A stretch of 61,732 nucleotides of DNA from a virus (IMGVR_UViG_2534682252_000039); one strand, 5' to 3'; shown: positions 19,669-28,786, numbered from the stretch's first letter. Notes: generated by a model not told the origin, from the sequence alone. Program-made: numbers and translations.

Positions 19669-19911
19669 CTATGAATTCAGCGTTGCATAAGCCTGAGCAT
19701 CTGTTTCAACCAGGCAGTTAACATGACATTCTGCAATCACGCCACCGGGTTCTCCTTTCCATTTTTGGCAAACAAAAACTCCTGTTAAATTGCCGTGCTG
19801 GTTAACAGATGTATGCCCTACGATGTAGCTTCCTTTAGTTGCTTTCTCTGCCTTTTCACGCAGTGCCTGATAGTCAATCTTGCTCATTTTTCTCTTCACT
19901 CCGGTATACAA
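19669..19911 (-). CDS. Hypothetical prophage protein
   Basis: ORF track. Confidence 0.4.
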   Translation of the reverse strand: MYTGVKRKMSKIDYQALREKAEKATKGSYIVGHTSVNQHGNLTGVFVCQKWKGEPGGVIAECHVNCLVETDAQAYATLNS

Positions 19912-20158
19912 GGATTACTACGCCCCCTCTGCTAATTGCGCGAGCTGGATCCCCTGGTTCCATGCCGTCAATACCGAAGGCTTCGAAAAATGCATCTATT
20001 GCCTTTTGGCGTTGCTCCTGCTTACGGCGTTTATTCCATTTTTTCATGAACAACAGTGACAGCCATCGTCCGCTGCAGAACATGATGTAGAAATAACCAA
20101 GGAGCGCTAGGCCGGTGTTCAGGGCTGTATCGATCGTTATCGTGGTGTTGATGTTCAC
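19874..20158 (-). CDS. Hypothetical small membrane protein
   Basis: Hydrophobic N-terminal segment. Confidence 0.4.
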   Translation of the reverse strand: MNINTTITIDTALNTGLALLGYFYIMFCSGRWLSLLFMKKWNKRRKQEQRQKAIDAFFEAFGIDGMEPGDPARAISRGGVVILVYRSEEKNEQD

Positions 20159-20376
20159 TTCACACCTCTCTGTTTGTTGATAAGTTCAATATCCTGCTGG
20201 CAACTGGCGCAAGCTCTGCATCCACGAACAGCCAGGCGTCGCCGCTCATCTATCGGATCGCCACACTCGCAACAATGAGTAGCAGATGGGGCATTACTAT
20301 CGGATTTGTATTTTTGCAGGGAGAGATTGCGCTGCAATTCTTCGATTTCAGCGGCGTTGTCGATGATATCTGCCAT
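20155..20376 (-). CDS. TraR/DksA-family C4 zinc-finger protein
   Basis: CCECGDPIDERRRLAVRGCRACASCQ. Confidence 0.6.
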   Translation of the reverse strand: MADIIDNAAEIEELQRNLSLQKYKSDSNAPSATHCCECGDPIDERRRLAVRGCRACASCQQDIELINKQRGVK

Positions 20377-20423
20377 TTTCCTTTCCTTCAGGCATGAAAA
20401 AAGGAGCCGAAGCTCCTTTGGTT

Positions 20424-21053
20424 TTAGAATTCGAATTGCCTTGCCCGCAGGCTTTTCAGCATTGGTCTGGCCCGCTGAACTACGAAACTCGACTGGTCAA
20501 GCCGTGCCGCCTCTCTCAGTAGCACATCTCTGTTCTTCGTCACCATGTAGATGGTCTCAAACGCAATGTCATACAGCTTGTTCGTGTATGAGGAGTTCAG
20601 CTCTTTCATGATCGGATACAGGTGTTTGCTGAGGTCCTGGGCTTTTTCCATCCAGAGTTGCATGTAGCAGAGGAGGATGATTTCCTCGTCTGTGAATTGT
20701 TGCTGTGGTTCTGCTTGTGCCGACTGCATGTTGCGAAGTTTCTTTTCGCACTCGATGAAGTATCTGCGTATCTGTCGGCCTTTTTCGTTACGCTCTACCA
20801 TCGCCGTTTCTTTGGCTGTATCGAGGGTAAGGTGGTAGTCTTTTTTCCCTCGCCCATAACCTATTTCCCGTTTCTGGGAAATAGCTATATAGTCCTGATT
20901 TTCAACGAATCCGTACTCTTCAATACGTTCTGTAATCCACGATGCAAAGCGTTTACCTACTCCAAGAAAAGTATGTAAATCACGGGCATTAACGAGAAGA
21001 GTGGTTTCGTTGGCGATAGTGCCGTTGAATACGGGGATGAGTTGACTGGTCAT
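20424..21053 (-). CDS. Phage antirepressor-like protein (AntA N-terminal domain)
   Basis: N-terminal IPVFNG...ARDLHTFLGVGKRFASWITERIEEYGFVENQDY. Confidence 0.65.
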   Translation of the reverse strand: MTSQLIPVFNGTIANETTLLVNARDLHTFLGVGKRFASWITERIEEYGFVENQDYIAISQKREIGYGRGKKDYHLTLDTAKETAMVERNEKGRQIRRYFIECEKKLRNMQSAQAEPQQQFTDEEIILLCYMQLWMEKAQDLSKHLYPIMKELNSSYTNKLYDIAFETIYMVTKNRDVLLREAARLDQSSFVVQRARPMLKSLRARQFEF

Positions 21054-21080
21054 GATGACCTCCTTATTTGTTTAGTTTAT

Positions 21081-21103
21081 AACCGCCAGTTAGTAGCTGG
21101 CGG
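21081..21103. repeat. Inverted repeat ACCGCCAG-N7-CTGGCGGT upstream of the antA-like gene
   Basis: Seen in sequence. Confidence 0.3.
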
Positions 21104-21350
21104 TCGGGTGTCAACTGAGCCAAATAAGAAGCTCTGGGCATATTCCCCTTGCGGGTGTTGTATTACGCCTCTCCACCCGACCTTTGTACGGATGTAACTA
21201 TGCCAAATTGCAGGCATAAAAAAGCCGCAAAGCTATCGGGTGCGGAGACCGCTTATTTGTTCAGTGCGGTCAGTATGCGATAGCTCTGGAGGATTTGTCA
21301 ATCAGCGGAATATTGATGAACGGGTAACGGTAAATGCCTCATCCAGAAAA

Positions 21351-21383
21351 TTAACGCAAATTCGCATCGCAAACTTGCGTTAA
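21351..21383. repeat. Palindrome TTAACGCAA-N15-TTGCGTTAA (operator-like)
   Basis: Seen in sequence. Confidence 0.3.
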
Positions 21384-21416
21384 TTATCTGAAATATCAAG
21401 TTAAATCCCCTTAAAT

Positions 21417-21476
21417 GTTTGGGGCACTATTGGGGCAAAATGTGGTTGTTTGGGGCATATTTGGGGCAAAAAAGAA
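21417..21476. repeat. Four direct repeats of TTTGGGGCA(a/t) ~110-170 bp from the wrbA junction; candidate integrase arm-type sites
   Basis: tttggggcac / ttggggcaaaa / tttggggcat / tttggggcaaaa. Confidence 0.45.
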
Positions 21477-21585
21477 CGTATAAAGAACGGTGTAAAATTG
21501 ATTTCTTCATGGTCAAAATGAGGTGTAACAGATTGAAAAATATATGCTCTTGGACGATCTTCGGTAATTCTGTGTTTTTAATGCT

Positions 21586-21640
21586 TCATGGTTTCAATAT
21601 GTCCGTACATGGAATAATAAAGCACCAGAACTTTAGCCAT
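21586..21640 (-). pseudogene. wrbA: wrbA 5' fragment (first ~18 codons), interrupted by the lambdoid prophage
   Basis: Minus-strand MAKVLVLYYSMYGHIETM then KH-stop; matches remembered WrbA N-terminus, diverging after ATTGAAAC. Confidence 0.7.
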
Positions 21641-22011
21641 TTCTAACCACTCCTCGTGTTATCTCTATTCCGTAGCGATTCGCTACCACTTATTTAAAGA
21701 TAAGACGTCCTTTTCAGAGTGCAAATTTCACAACCACTTATTTGATTTATAACAACTTTCACAAGCACGCAATTTTGTCGCAAAATGACACATTTTTATC
21801 TCATCGCGTTTTTTTAATCATAAGAGCGGCTTATGGATAATTATTGGAGATGATATCTATTCTCGCTAAGAAGCTGTTGCAGGATATTACCAAACGCGGG
21901 TAGAAACACGTCAGTTCACTAAGCTTAGTCCCACGTAGCGAAAATATGGCAGCCGCCATACGCCGCGTTAATTCTAGCAATATGATGTCTATACCCAGAC
22001 GGAGGTCAGTA

Positions 22012-22119
22012 ATGGCAAACCATCGAGGCGGTTCCGGCAATTTTGCAGAAGACCGCGAAAGAGCATCAGAAGCAGGTAAAAAAGGTGGCAAGAGCAGTCA
22101 CGGCAAAAGCGACAACTAG
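22012..22119 (+). CDS. ymdF: Small KGG-repeat stress protein, YmdF-like (35 aa), absent from the ORF track
   Basis: GGAGGT RBS; MANHRGGSGNFAEDRERASEAGKKGGKSSHGKSDN. Confidence 0.6.
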   Translation: MANHRGGSGNFAEDRERASEAGKKGGKSSHGKSDN

Positions 22120-22201
22120 CCGGGCTAATCAATGACGAATGCATTTTTTTCTTAAGCTCGTCAAAAAGCCATCACCGCCGGTAACCCCGGCGGTTTTCTG
22201 T

Positions 22202-22735
22202 TTATGGCTCCTGATGAACAACTTCTGGCGGTGGAACGTCAACCAACCTTCTGCTTAATAACGCATTGAGTAAAATCGCGCCAAAGGTTGCTGTACCGAT
22301 TCCTCCCAACGTAAAACCGCCCAGCGTGAGAGCAAAATCACCCGCGCCCAGCACTAAGGTTACTGCGACCATAATCAAATTACCGTTCTGGCTTAAATCG
22401 ACACGGTTTTGTACCCATATCCTTGCGCCTGCGACGGCAATCAGCCCGAACACAACAATTGATGCACCACCAATCACCGCGGCCGGAATGGTATGAATCA
22501 GCGCGCCAAATTTCGGTGAAAAGCCCAACAGCATGGCGATGACGGCAGCAGCAACAAACACCAGCGTCGAGTAGACTTTTGTCACGGCCATCACACCGAT
22601 ATTTTCAGCATAGGTGGTGACGCCGCTACTGCCGACAGAACCAGAAAGCATCGTTGCCAGACCATCGCCTACGAATGCTCGCCCCATATACGGGTCCATA
22701 TTGCGTCCGGTCATCCCGGCGACCGCCTTGAGATG
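22202..22735 (-). pseudogene. rutG: NCS2-family nucleobase permease, 3' portion only (rutG-like), 5' part displaced by the Mu-like prophage
   Basis: Multi-TM C-terminal region ...TTYAENIGVMAVTKVYS...; in-frame codons run up to ~22733 and then hit phage-end sequence; wrbA-ymdF-rutG neighbourhood as remembered for E. coli. Confidence 0.6.
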
Positions 22736-22830
22736 TATAGCGCGGCGATTTTTTTGATACCGATTTGCATTTCATTTGATACCGCTGAAAAACGCCGATA
22801 CGCAACTTATTTGATACTAAATCGGCGCTT
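22734..22830. repeat. Mu-type right end: terminal TG followed by three TTTGATAC(C/T) repeats (candidate transposase-binding sites)
   Basis: TGTATAGCGCGGCG... resembles remembered Mu end TGAAGCGGCGCACGAAAA; repeats at ~22751, 22775, 22811. Confidence 0.5.
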
Positions 22831-22863
22831 TTCTTTTGGGTTTTAGAATGAGTTTTTAAGCGT

Positions 22864-23601
22864 TCACTCACTCTCTTTTAAACCAGTTTTAACTGTTTGT
22901 GGTTTTGGGTAAGGCTGGACTTTGAATAGCTTTGTGTTGAGGCGTTTTCTGGCCCTCTTGTTCAGAAACCGGATGTAACGAAACTGACGGAATTTATGAA
23001 CACTGGCTCTGTCGATATTAGCCCTCAGATGTTCACCTCGCTGTCCGCCTCGTTTAATGGCATTCCTGCAAATCTCGTGATACCACTCGCCATCAAGTTC
23101 ATAGAATGTTGATTCGTGGCTGCCTACATAATCAAAATTGCTTGCCTGATACACGACACCAAGACAGCCACAACGCTCATCTGCAAACGACTGAACCCAC
23201 TGTACCTGCGGATAAAGCTGCCTGATTAGCTTGAGCGCGTAACTGATTGCCCTTGATTCGGAGTTTCTCGGCATACAGTCATGCAGCCATAACCGGTTAA
23301 GCTCCATATATTCACGGTTCCGCGTGCCCGTTACGACGCGTGCACCACTGTTTGGATTAAGGGCATAGCCCCATTGCATTACGCCAACCAGCTCCCGTTC
23401 TGAAAATATGCCCAGATGAAGGTAGGAGTTATTTACGAAACGGTGGCTGTAATGTTTATTGACGATGACCAGTCTGGCCAGCCAGCAACTTATTGTCTCA
23501 ACCCGCAACTCACGGGAGCCATAACCAACGATATTGTCGTTATAGCGAATAAGTTCAGGCGTGCTGATGATACGGGATGTGACTTGCTTTCTGTTCCCCA
23601 C
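22864..23601 (-). CDS. mom: Mom-like DNA modification protein
   Basis: Size and position after com at the phage right end; overlaps com 3' end. Confidence 0.8.
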   Translation of the reverse strand: MGNRKQVTSRIISTPELIRYNDNIVGYGSRELRVETISCWLARLVIVNKHYSHRFVNNSYLHLGIFSERELVGVMQWGYALNPNSGARVVTGTRNREYMELNRLWLHDCMPRNSESRAISYALKLIRQLYPQVQWVQSFADERCGCLGVVYQASNFDYVGSHESTFYELDGEWYHEICRNAIKRGGQRGEHLRANIDRASVHKFRQFRYIRFLNKRARKRLNTKLFKVQPYPKPQTVKTGLKESE

Positions 23602-23755
23602 GACAGGATTTCCTTGTGTATGTGGGGTGCTCTGTGGCGCTCGGAGATGTGATTTGATTGAGGGTTTTACAGCGCGGACATTTTACTTCCAGATAACTGA
23701 AACTGGCCCGTGCCAGTAGCTTATTGCAGTGTCGGCACCGTATGTTTCGATACAT
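23555..23755 (-). CDS. com: Com zinc-finger translational activator of mom
   Basis: [14 protein letters not shown]...VKCPRCKTL matches the Mu Com Cys4 pattern; track ORF begins at an upstream non-ATG codon. Confidence 0.8.
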   Translation of the reverse strand: MYRNIRCRHCNKLLARASFSYLEVKCPRCKTLNQITSPSATEHPTYTRKSCRGEQKASHIPYHQHA

Positions 23756-23950
23756 GGCCGCATAACCTCCTGCTTTGTTGTTGATGCCTTTCTCATGCAA
23801 TCGATCGACAAAAACGATCGATTCGATTTGTTTAATTGATACAACAAATAGATTGAAAAGTCATCAACAATGATTCAGGGCGGTGATTATTTACTTAAAG
23901 AAAACGAAGACTTAGGTGGTGAAAACGATCATAAAATGATCATTTTATTG
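23756..23950 (-). promoter_or_regulatory. mom regulatory region with clustered GATC (Dam) sites
   Basis: TCGATCGAcaaaaaCGATCGAT at ~23801-23822 and GATCATaaaaTGATCA at ~23929-23945. Confidence 0.45.
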
Positions 23951-24015
23951 ACTTTTTATACAGTGAAGGTAGGATCGCGCGTATATGTAGTATGTTTCAA
24001 ATCAACAGGATACTA

Positions 24016-24046
24016 CATAAAGGGAGGTCCAGATAGTTACAGCTAT
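24016..24046. repeat. 11-bp perfect inverted repeat AGGTCCAGATA-N8-TATCTGGACCT upstream of the mom region
   Basis: Seen in sequence. Confidence 0.4.
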
Positions 24047-24156
24047 CTGGACCTGGAACAAATTCGCATCAATGCTTTACTTCGAGCTCGTGTCGTATCC
24101 TATGATATTCCCCGGTCTCCTGTAAAGCAGAGATGCATAAAAAGGAGATCTTTATC

Positions 24157-24327
24157 ATGGATAAAGAGCCTGTTTGCCCTGCCTGTAAGACTCCCTTACA
24201 GCTCATCTATCGCCGTTCTCGATCTCAAAATGGCAAGACATACAAACCCCAAAATGCGTCCTGTTTCAGGATGCTGATATGTCCTGCCTGTTCTCCCCGG
24301 AGGGAAAGTACACAAAACGTGCATTAA
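24157..24327 (+). CDS. Small Cys4 zinc-ribbon protein, convergent with phage genes
   Basis: AAGGAG RBS; MDKEPVCPACKTPL...CPACS. Confidence 0.3.
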   Translation: MDKEPVCPACKTPLQLIYRRSRSQNGKTYKPQNASCFRMLICPACSPRRESTQNVH

Positions 24328-24365
24328 CAAATTCACCCGGCAGGGAAACCTGCCGGTCGGTATTG

Positions 24366-24611
24366 TTACATCATAGTACCGTCAGTTCCGGGCTGAACCG
24401 GCTCTGGTTGCTCTACGGCTTGAGGCTCATTCTCCGTGCTGTTTTCAGCCGGAGAATGGCCAACCATTCGGGCCAGCACTTCATCAACATATGCGTCGAT
24501 TTGTGCCTCAAAATCCTTGCGAACCTGCGCCTTCAGCACGCGGTTCACTTCTTCAGAATAAAGTGCCTGTTTGACAAGCTCTTCAGTAACCGTGCCTTTA
24601 ATCTCTGGCAT
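24366..24611 (-). CDS. Small acidic hypothetical protein (cargo)
   Basis: ORF track. Confidence 0.4.
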   Translation of the reverse strand: MPEIKGTVTEELVKQALYSEEVNRVLKAQVRKDFEAQIDAYVDEVLARMVGHSPAENSTENEPQAVEQPEPVQPGTDGTMM

Positions 24612-24646
24612 GAATATTCTCCTTTTGCAGGTATATTGCCCCGTTA

Positions 24647-24829
24647 TCAGAGCGGGGTCGGGTCGTTTGGGGATGACGGTGCCTGTGCTGTTTTACTGAG
24701 TTTTTCAGCTGCCGCATCATCAATTTTACGGCGAATATAATTTCTGATGACCTTATAACCGCCGCTCACCAGATATAACGCACTGACCACTGCGCAGAAA
24801 TAAAGCAGCATTGTATGAACGAATGTCAT
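24647..24829 (-). CDS. Small membrane protein (cargo)
   Basis: Single hydrophobic helix LLYFCAVVSALYLV. Confidence 0.4.
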   Translation of the reverse strand: MTFVHTMLLYFCAVVSALYLVSGGYKVIRNYIRRKIDDAAAEKLSKTAQAPSSPNDPTPL

Positions 24830-24933
24830 ATAACCTTACCTTTGATATTGACTACATAATTCGTTATCGGGTAAAAACATCGAAGCGACTGATAACCACT
24901 ACTTCGGGAGTATTTTTATTTTCCTTTATGGGT

Positions 24934-24968
24934 TAGGTAGCTCCCGCCAGCCATATCATGACCGGCGG
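24934..24968 (+). terminator. Hairpin CCCGCCag...ccGGCGGG + T7 just beyond the esterase stop, opposite strand
   Basis: Seen in sequence. Confidence 0.4.
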
Positions 24969-24975
24969 GATTTTT

Positions 24976-27015
24976 TTATTCTGTTACCGCTTTTTTCACT
25001 TCCACCACAATGCTGTCAATCAGCACCGGGTAAGTTGCATTTTTTGTGATATCCGTTACGCGGAGTTTGTCCACCGGGAAAGTTCCTACTGGTGACTGCG
25101 TCAGGGTAAACGCGGCACCATCCTGACCATCAATAACCGGAATAACCTGAAGGCTGTTATTTCCTGCAAAACGGAAGGCCAGCGTATGCCATTCATTATC
25201 AAATGCACCAAAGGTTCCCAGTTTCTGGTTATTTGTTGCCACTTTTGCATTGTGGTACATCACATTCAGGTCTTTTGCGTCTGTCTGGATGTAGAACGAT
25301 GCCAGCAGATTATTCCCTGCATCCCCTGTCAGGGTGACACCCTGCGGCAGAGAGGAAACCGGCCAGTAAAGCGCCATGACATACTGGTTTGCCACCAGGT
25401 CGCCCGGTACTTTAAAACGACAACTGATTAAACCACCATTTTTCAGCAGTTCAGCACCAGTACCGGCATCATGATCCAGATACCAGGATGATTTACCTGT
25501 TTCCTTGGTCAGTTTCATTGCCTTACCACCTGTGCCTCCTGTATCACTGATAATTTCAGCTTTACCGCCAGCCGGCTCCCAGCCCTGGGCTTTCAGATTT
25601 CCTTCTGACTCACTGACACGGTAAGACAGCAGTGTTGTGGTTACTGCTTCAGTTTCTGAAGGTGACGGCACTGGTGCTTCAGTTTCAGAAGATGGAACAT
25701 CGGCTTTTACTGTGGTTCGCCCCGCATGAGTCAGAACTGCCGTGGCCAGACGGTCGGAAATAATCCCACGACGTGCCCATGAACTGAAATGGCTGGCCCG
25801 GTCCGTAGATGTCCAGGTGGCGGCACTGTTACGCCACGTTGAGCCGTAATAACCAATGGATTCAATATCCGGGTCTTCTGCCGGATTGTTGGTGGGTACA
25901 TTCGCGCCATTTTCATCTGTCATTAATGGGACGAAATGAATGTTTTTATCTGTTTTATTTTTGTAGCCGTCATAGATTGCCTGGTATGCCTGTTCGTTTT
26001 TCTGTTTCCAGAAATACGTGGTATCACCACAAATCCACGGAACGCCAGCAGCACTGCCACCGGTACACTGTTCCGCCTGTTCAGCCAGGTCTGCGCGGAA
26101 TTTTTCCACCATCGCCAGAAACAGCGCAGAATGCTCCGTCGGCTTCGCATCAATATCAAACTCGCCCTGCATCCACACCACAGCAAGCAGGCGGTTTTTC
26201 GGGTTCTTCGCCAGTGCCGCTTTTGTCCGGCTGATTAAGTCCTTATACAGCGGCTTATCCACACCCCAGCGGGCTGAGTCCTCTGAAGCACCCGTGCTGT
26301 CACTGTACGTGCCGTCAGCACCCGCCGTGAATGCAGAACCACCACGGCAGCAGGGAACCAGCAGAATCCCCGCATCTGCCGGAATAAACGGCAGCAGTTT
26401 TTTGGCAATGTGAAGCCCCTGACCCACGGTGCCATATTGCCCTTTAGCCACATCCGCTTTCGGGTGATTTTTTCCACTCATATCCTGCACATCATGCAGA
26501 CAGTGGTCGGCCAGAATGATGTCGTTATACTGACAGGCTTTACCTCCCGGCGTGACTGTACTGCGACGGGCTAACTGCATAATACGCGGTTCGGGGCGGT
26601 CATATGTCTCCGGCAGTGGCAGACCTTCACCGTAAGCCATACCGTTTGACTGACCAGCAAGAACCACCACGTAATACCAGGAAGGGGAGCTGGAAGCAGT
26701 TTCATTTCCTGACGGACGGGTATGTGTTTCAGCATTATCCCAGTCTGACGGTTCAGCAGTACCGGCAACATCAGCACTTAACGGAATGACCGCACCAATA
26801 CCCGCTCCGGTAATTTCCACACTCGGATCACCGGATACTGGCCTTACCCACAGGCAATCCCGTGTATTAAAACTGATGAGACAGTCAGCAAATGTCATTC
26901 CTCCTTTTGTTTCGGCCGGAGGAAAGGGAGCCTCAAGAAATGCCGCTGTACCACCGGAAACTTTAACAGTAAAGTTTCCGGGCATTGATGATAGTTGAAC
27001 CCATTTGGACGTCAT
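24976..27015 (-). CDS. SASA/SGNH-type carbohydrate O-acetylesterase with C-terminal beta-rich domain (NanS-p-like)
   Basis: Catalytic-block motifs VLAGQSNGMAYGE and VWMQGEFD; C-terminal ~250 aa beta-rich. Confidence 0.7.
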   Translation of the reverse strand: MTSKWVQLSSMPGNFTVKVSGGTAAFLEAPFPPAETKGGMTFADCLISFNTRDCLWVRPVSGDPSVEITGAGIGAVIPLSADVAGTAEPSDWDNAETHTRPSGNETASSSPSWYYVVVLAGQSNGMAYGEGLPLPETYDRPEPRIMQLARRSTVTPGGKACQYNDIILADHCLHDVQDMSGKNHPKADVAKGQYGTVGQGLHIAKKLLPFIPADAGILLVPCCRGGSAFTAGADGTYSDSTGASEDSARWGVDKPLYKDLISRTKAALAKNPKNRLLAVVWMQGEFDIDAKPTEHSALFLAMVEKFRADLAEQAEQCTGGSAAGVPWICGDTTYFWKQKNEQAYQAIYDGYKNKTDKNIHFVPLMTDENGANVPTNNPAEDPDIESIGYYGSTWRNSAATWTSTDRASHFSSWARRGIISDRLATAVLTHAGRTTVKADVPSSETEAPVPSPSETEAVTTTLLSYRVSESEGNLKAQGWEPAGGKAEIISDTGGTGGKAMKLTKETGKSSWYLDHDAGTGAELLKNGGLISCRFKVPGDLVANQYVMALYWPVSSLPQGVTLTGDAGNNLLASFYIQTDAKDLNVMYHNAKVATNNQKLGTFGAFDNEWHTLAFRFAGNNSLQVIPVIDGQDGAAFTLTQSPVGTFPVDKLRVTDITKNATYPVLIDSIVVEVKKAVTE

Positions 27016-27114
27016 AATAATCAGCCTGTTCCTGAATAAACTGAATTATCATATCCACAGACCGATAAACGCCATTTTGCGTTAATTCAGTAAAGGCCCA
27101 ACAAAGAGAGCGTC

Positions 27115-27675
27115 TTATTTTTCCGAAACGCTCGCAGGATAATAACGATAAAGGGTTGAAAGACCGATATCAAAAATAAGTGCCACCTGTCTTCGACTGA
27201 CACCCCCGGCCAGTAAACGCCCGACCTGCTCGTATTGTTCCTGCGTGAGACGGCGGGGTCTGCCGCCGGTTCGTCCCCTTTCACGGGCAGCTGCAAGACC
27301 AGCCCGTGTCCGTTCGACAATTAATTCACGCTCCATTTCTGCCAGCGCACCCATTATGTGAAAAAAGAAGCGCCCCATGGGGGTTGACGTATCAATGTTG
27401 TCAGTAAAACTACGAAAATTTATCCCCTGTTGCTGTAATTCATCTGTCAGCGCAACAAGGTGGCGCATACTGCGCCCCAGCCTGTCCAGTTTCCAGACCA
27501 TCAGCGTGTCACCGGGTTTTAGTTTCTTCAGTGCCCGCTTCAGTCCCGGCCGCTGTGTCGTTTTACCACTCATTTTGTCTTCAAAAATCTGCTCACATCC
27601 TGCACATTCCAGCGCATTTCTTTGTAAACCTGTGTTCTGGTCATTTGTTGATACGCGTATATAGCCAATCAGCAT
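27115..27675 (-). CDS. gin: Serine DNA invertase (Gin/Hin/Pin/Cin family)
   Basis: MLIGYIRVSTNDQNTGLQ with catalytic Ser; C-terminal HTH; adjacent to inversion site. Confidence 0.9.
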   Translation of the reverse strand: MLIGYIRVSTNDQNTGLQRNALECAGCEQIFEDKMSGKTTQRPGLKRALKKLKPGDTLMVWKLDRLGRSMRHLVALTDELQQQGINFRSFTDNIDTSTPMGRFFFHIMGALAEMERELIVERTRAGLAAARERGRTGGRPRRLTQEQYEQVGRLLAGGVSRRQVALIFDIGLSTLYRYYPASVSEK

Positions 27676-27728
27676 GTATTTACCTTCCTTAAAAAGAGGT
27701 GGAAAGGCCTTTTAAAGCAGATATACGG

Positions 27729-27754
27729 CATCCCTGAAACCTCGGTTTACGGGA
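27729..27754. repeat. gix-like crossover site L
   Basis: ATCCCTGAAACC-TC-GGTTTACGGGAT; half-sites fit remembered gix/hix consensus TTnTCnnAAACC. Confidence 0.55.
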
Positions 27755-28109
27755 TACGGTAAACAGGGCCGCGAATGCCCTGCCATCAAACGGTACGGCT
27801 GTTGCAGCAAGCAGGCTGGCAAATGCCCGCAGAATCAATGGTGTCGCCTTTGACGGCACGCAGGATATAAACATTACGTCAGGAATGCCGGAATCAACGG
27901 CCAATCAGCGTTATGTTACAGGGGTAAGACTGGGAGCGCAGGCATTAAGCGGCGGACTGGAATATAATTACTCCCTGTCATCAGGAAATGTGATTACCGG
28001 TTTTAAGACTAACGGAGACTGGGAAATGCGTGGTGGTGATGACCGTGTTTATTACAGACAGATACAATATTGTATTAATGGGCATTGGGTATCCGCTGCA
28101 AGTATTTAA
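27755..28109 (+). CDS. Alternative tail-fibre C-terminal cassette (S' variable part), no own start
   Basis: Frame open from gix-L; ...INGVAFDGTQDINITSGM... homologous to S residues ~177-225, then a different tip. Confidence 0.6.
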
Positions 28110-28230
28110 TTAACGGGGGCATAGCACACAGCAGCCAGCATCTGAAATATGCGTTATTTCAGACAAGCATTGCCTGTATATGGCGATAGTATTATTCCTG
28201 TTTTTATCATTGATTTACATGGTGATGTTT

Positions 28231-28752
28231 ATGCAACTGATTAATGTCAAACGATATTACCCGAAAGACAAACCCTATGGTGAGGATGTTCAGTATTTCC
28301 AGAGTGAGGACGGAAGGGATTTTTATGAATCTATCCCGCTTTTCACAAAGAAATACAAACTCTGTATTTCGCCTGTAACGGGTATTATCTGCTCTGTTGC
28401 TGAAGATGTCTCTGCTTTATATCCGGCAGGTTTTACTGTTGTTGAAGTGGACGAACTGCCGGAAGGTGTGAATATTGACGGTAACTGGCAGTTTTCTGAT
28501 GGCCTGATATCAAAGGTGCCGGTAAACTGGAAGACGGTTGCTGAAAAGCGTCGCTCATCGCTGCTCCAGGAAGCCAACGAAACCGTGGATGACTGGAAAA
28601 CAGAATTAAAACTGGACATGATTAGCGATGAAAATAAATTACAGCTGACGCGCTGGATGGCGTATATCCGACAGCTTAAAGAAATGCACTTTAATGATAT
28701 TGCCAGTGAGGGGCATTACCAGGCGATTCCCTGGCCGGAAAAACCGGAATAA
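28231..28752 (+). CDS. Tail fibre assembly protein (U'/Tfa family) for the alternative cassette
   Basis: Start at MQLINVKRYYP; track ORF begins upstream at 28180. Confidence 0.65.
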   Translation: MQLINVKRYYPKDKPYGEDVQYFQSEDGRDFYESIPLFTKKYKLCISPVTGIICSVAEDVSALYPAGFTVVEVDELPEGVNIDGNWQFSDGLISKVPVNWKTVAEKRRSSLLQEANETVDDWKTELKLDMISDENKLQLTRWMAYIRQLKEMHFNDIASEGHYQAIPWPEKPE

Positions 28753-28786
28753 TTCAGAGGGTGCATTCAGCACCCTTTTCTGTGGT

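Larger units (their letters stand above)
1..21586. mobile_element. Right arm of a lambdoid-type prophage integrated in wrbA (left part lies outside the window)
   Basis: Tail module + lom on + strand, leftward moron block, then junction where wrbA sequence diverges after codon ~18; repeats next to junction. No integrase in window. Confidence 0.6.

Noticed and set aside
1-21586. Shiga toxin genes, given the wrbA integration site
   Set aside because: No stxA/stxB-like ORFs in the window; the Q-lysis region would lie to the left, outside it.
21419-22091. Track ORFs 21419..21646 (+) and 21831..22091 (-)
   Set aside because: They overlap the att repeats, the wrbA fragment and the opposite strand of the ymdF-like gene; the host gene readings explain the region better.
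27115-27675. Treating gin as the prophage integrase
   Set aside because: It is a small serine invertase next to inversion sites; no tyrosine or large serine integrase is present in the window.
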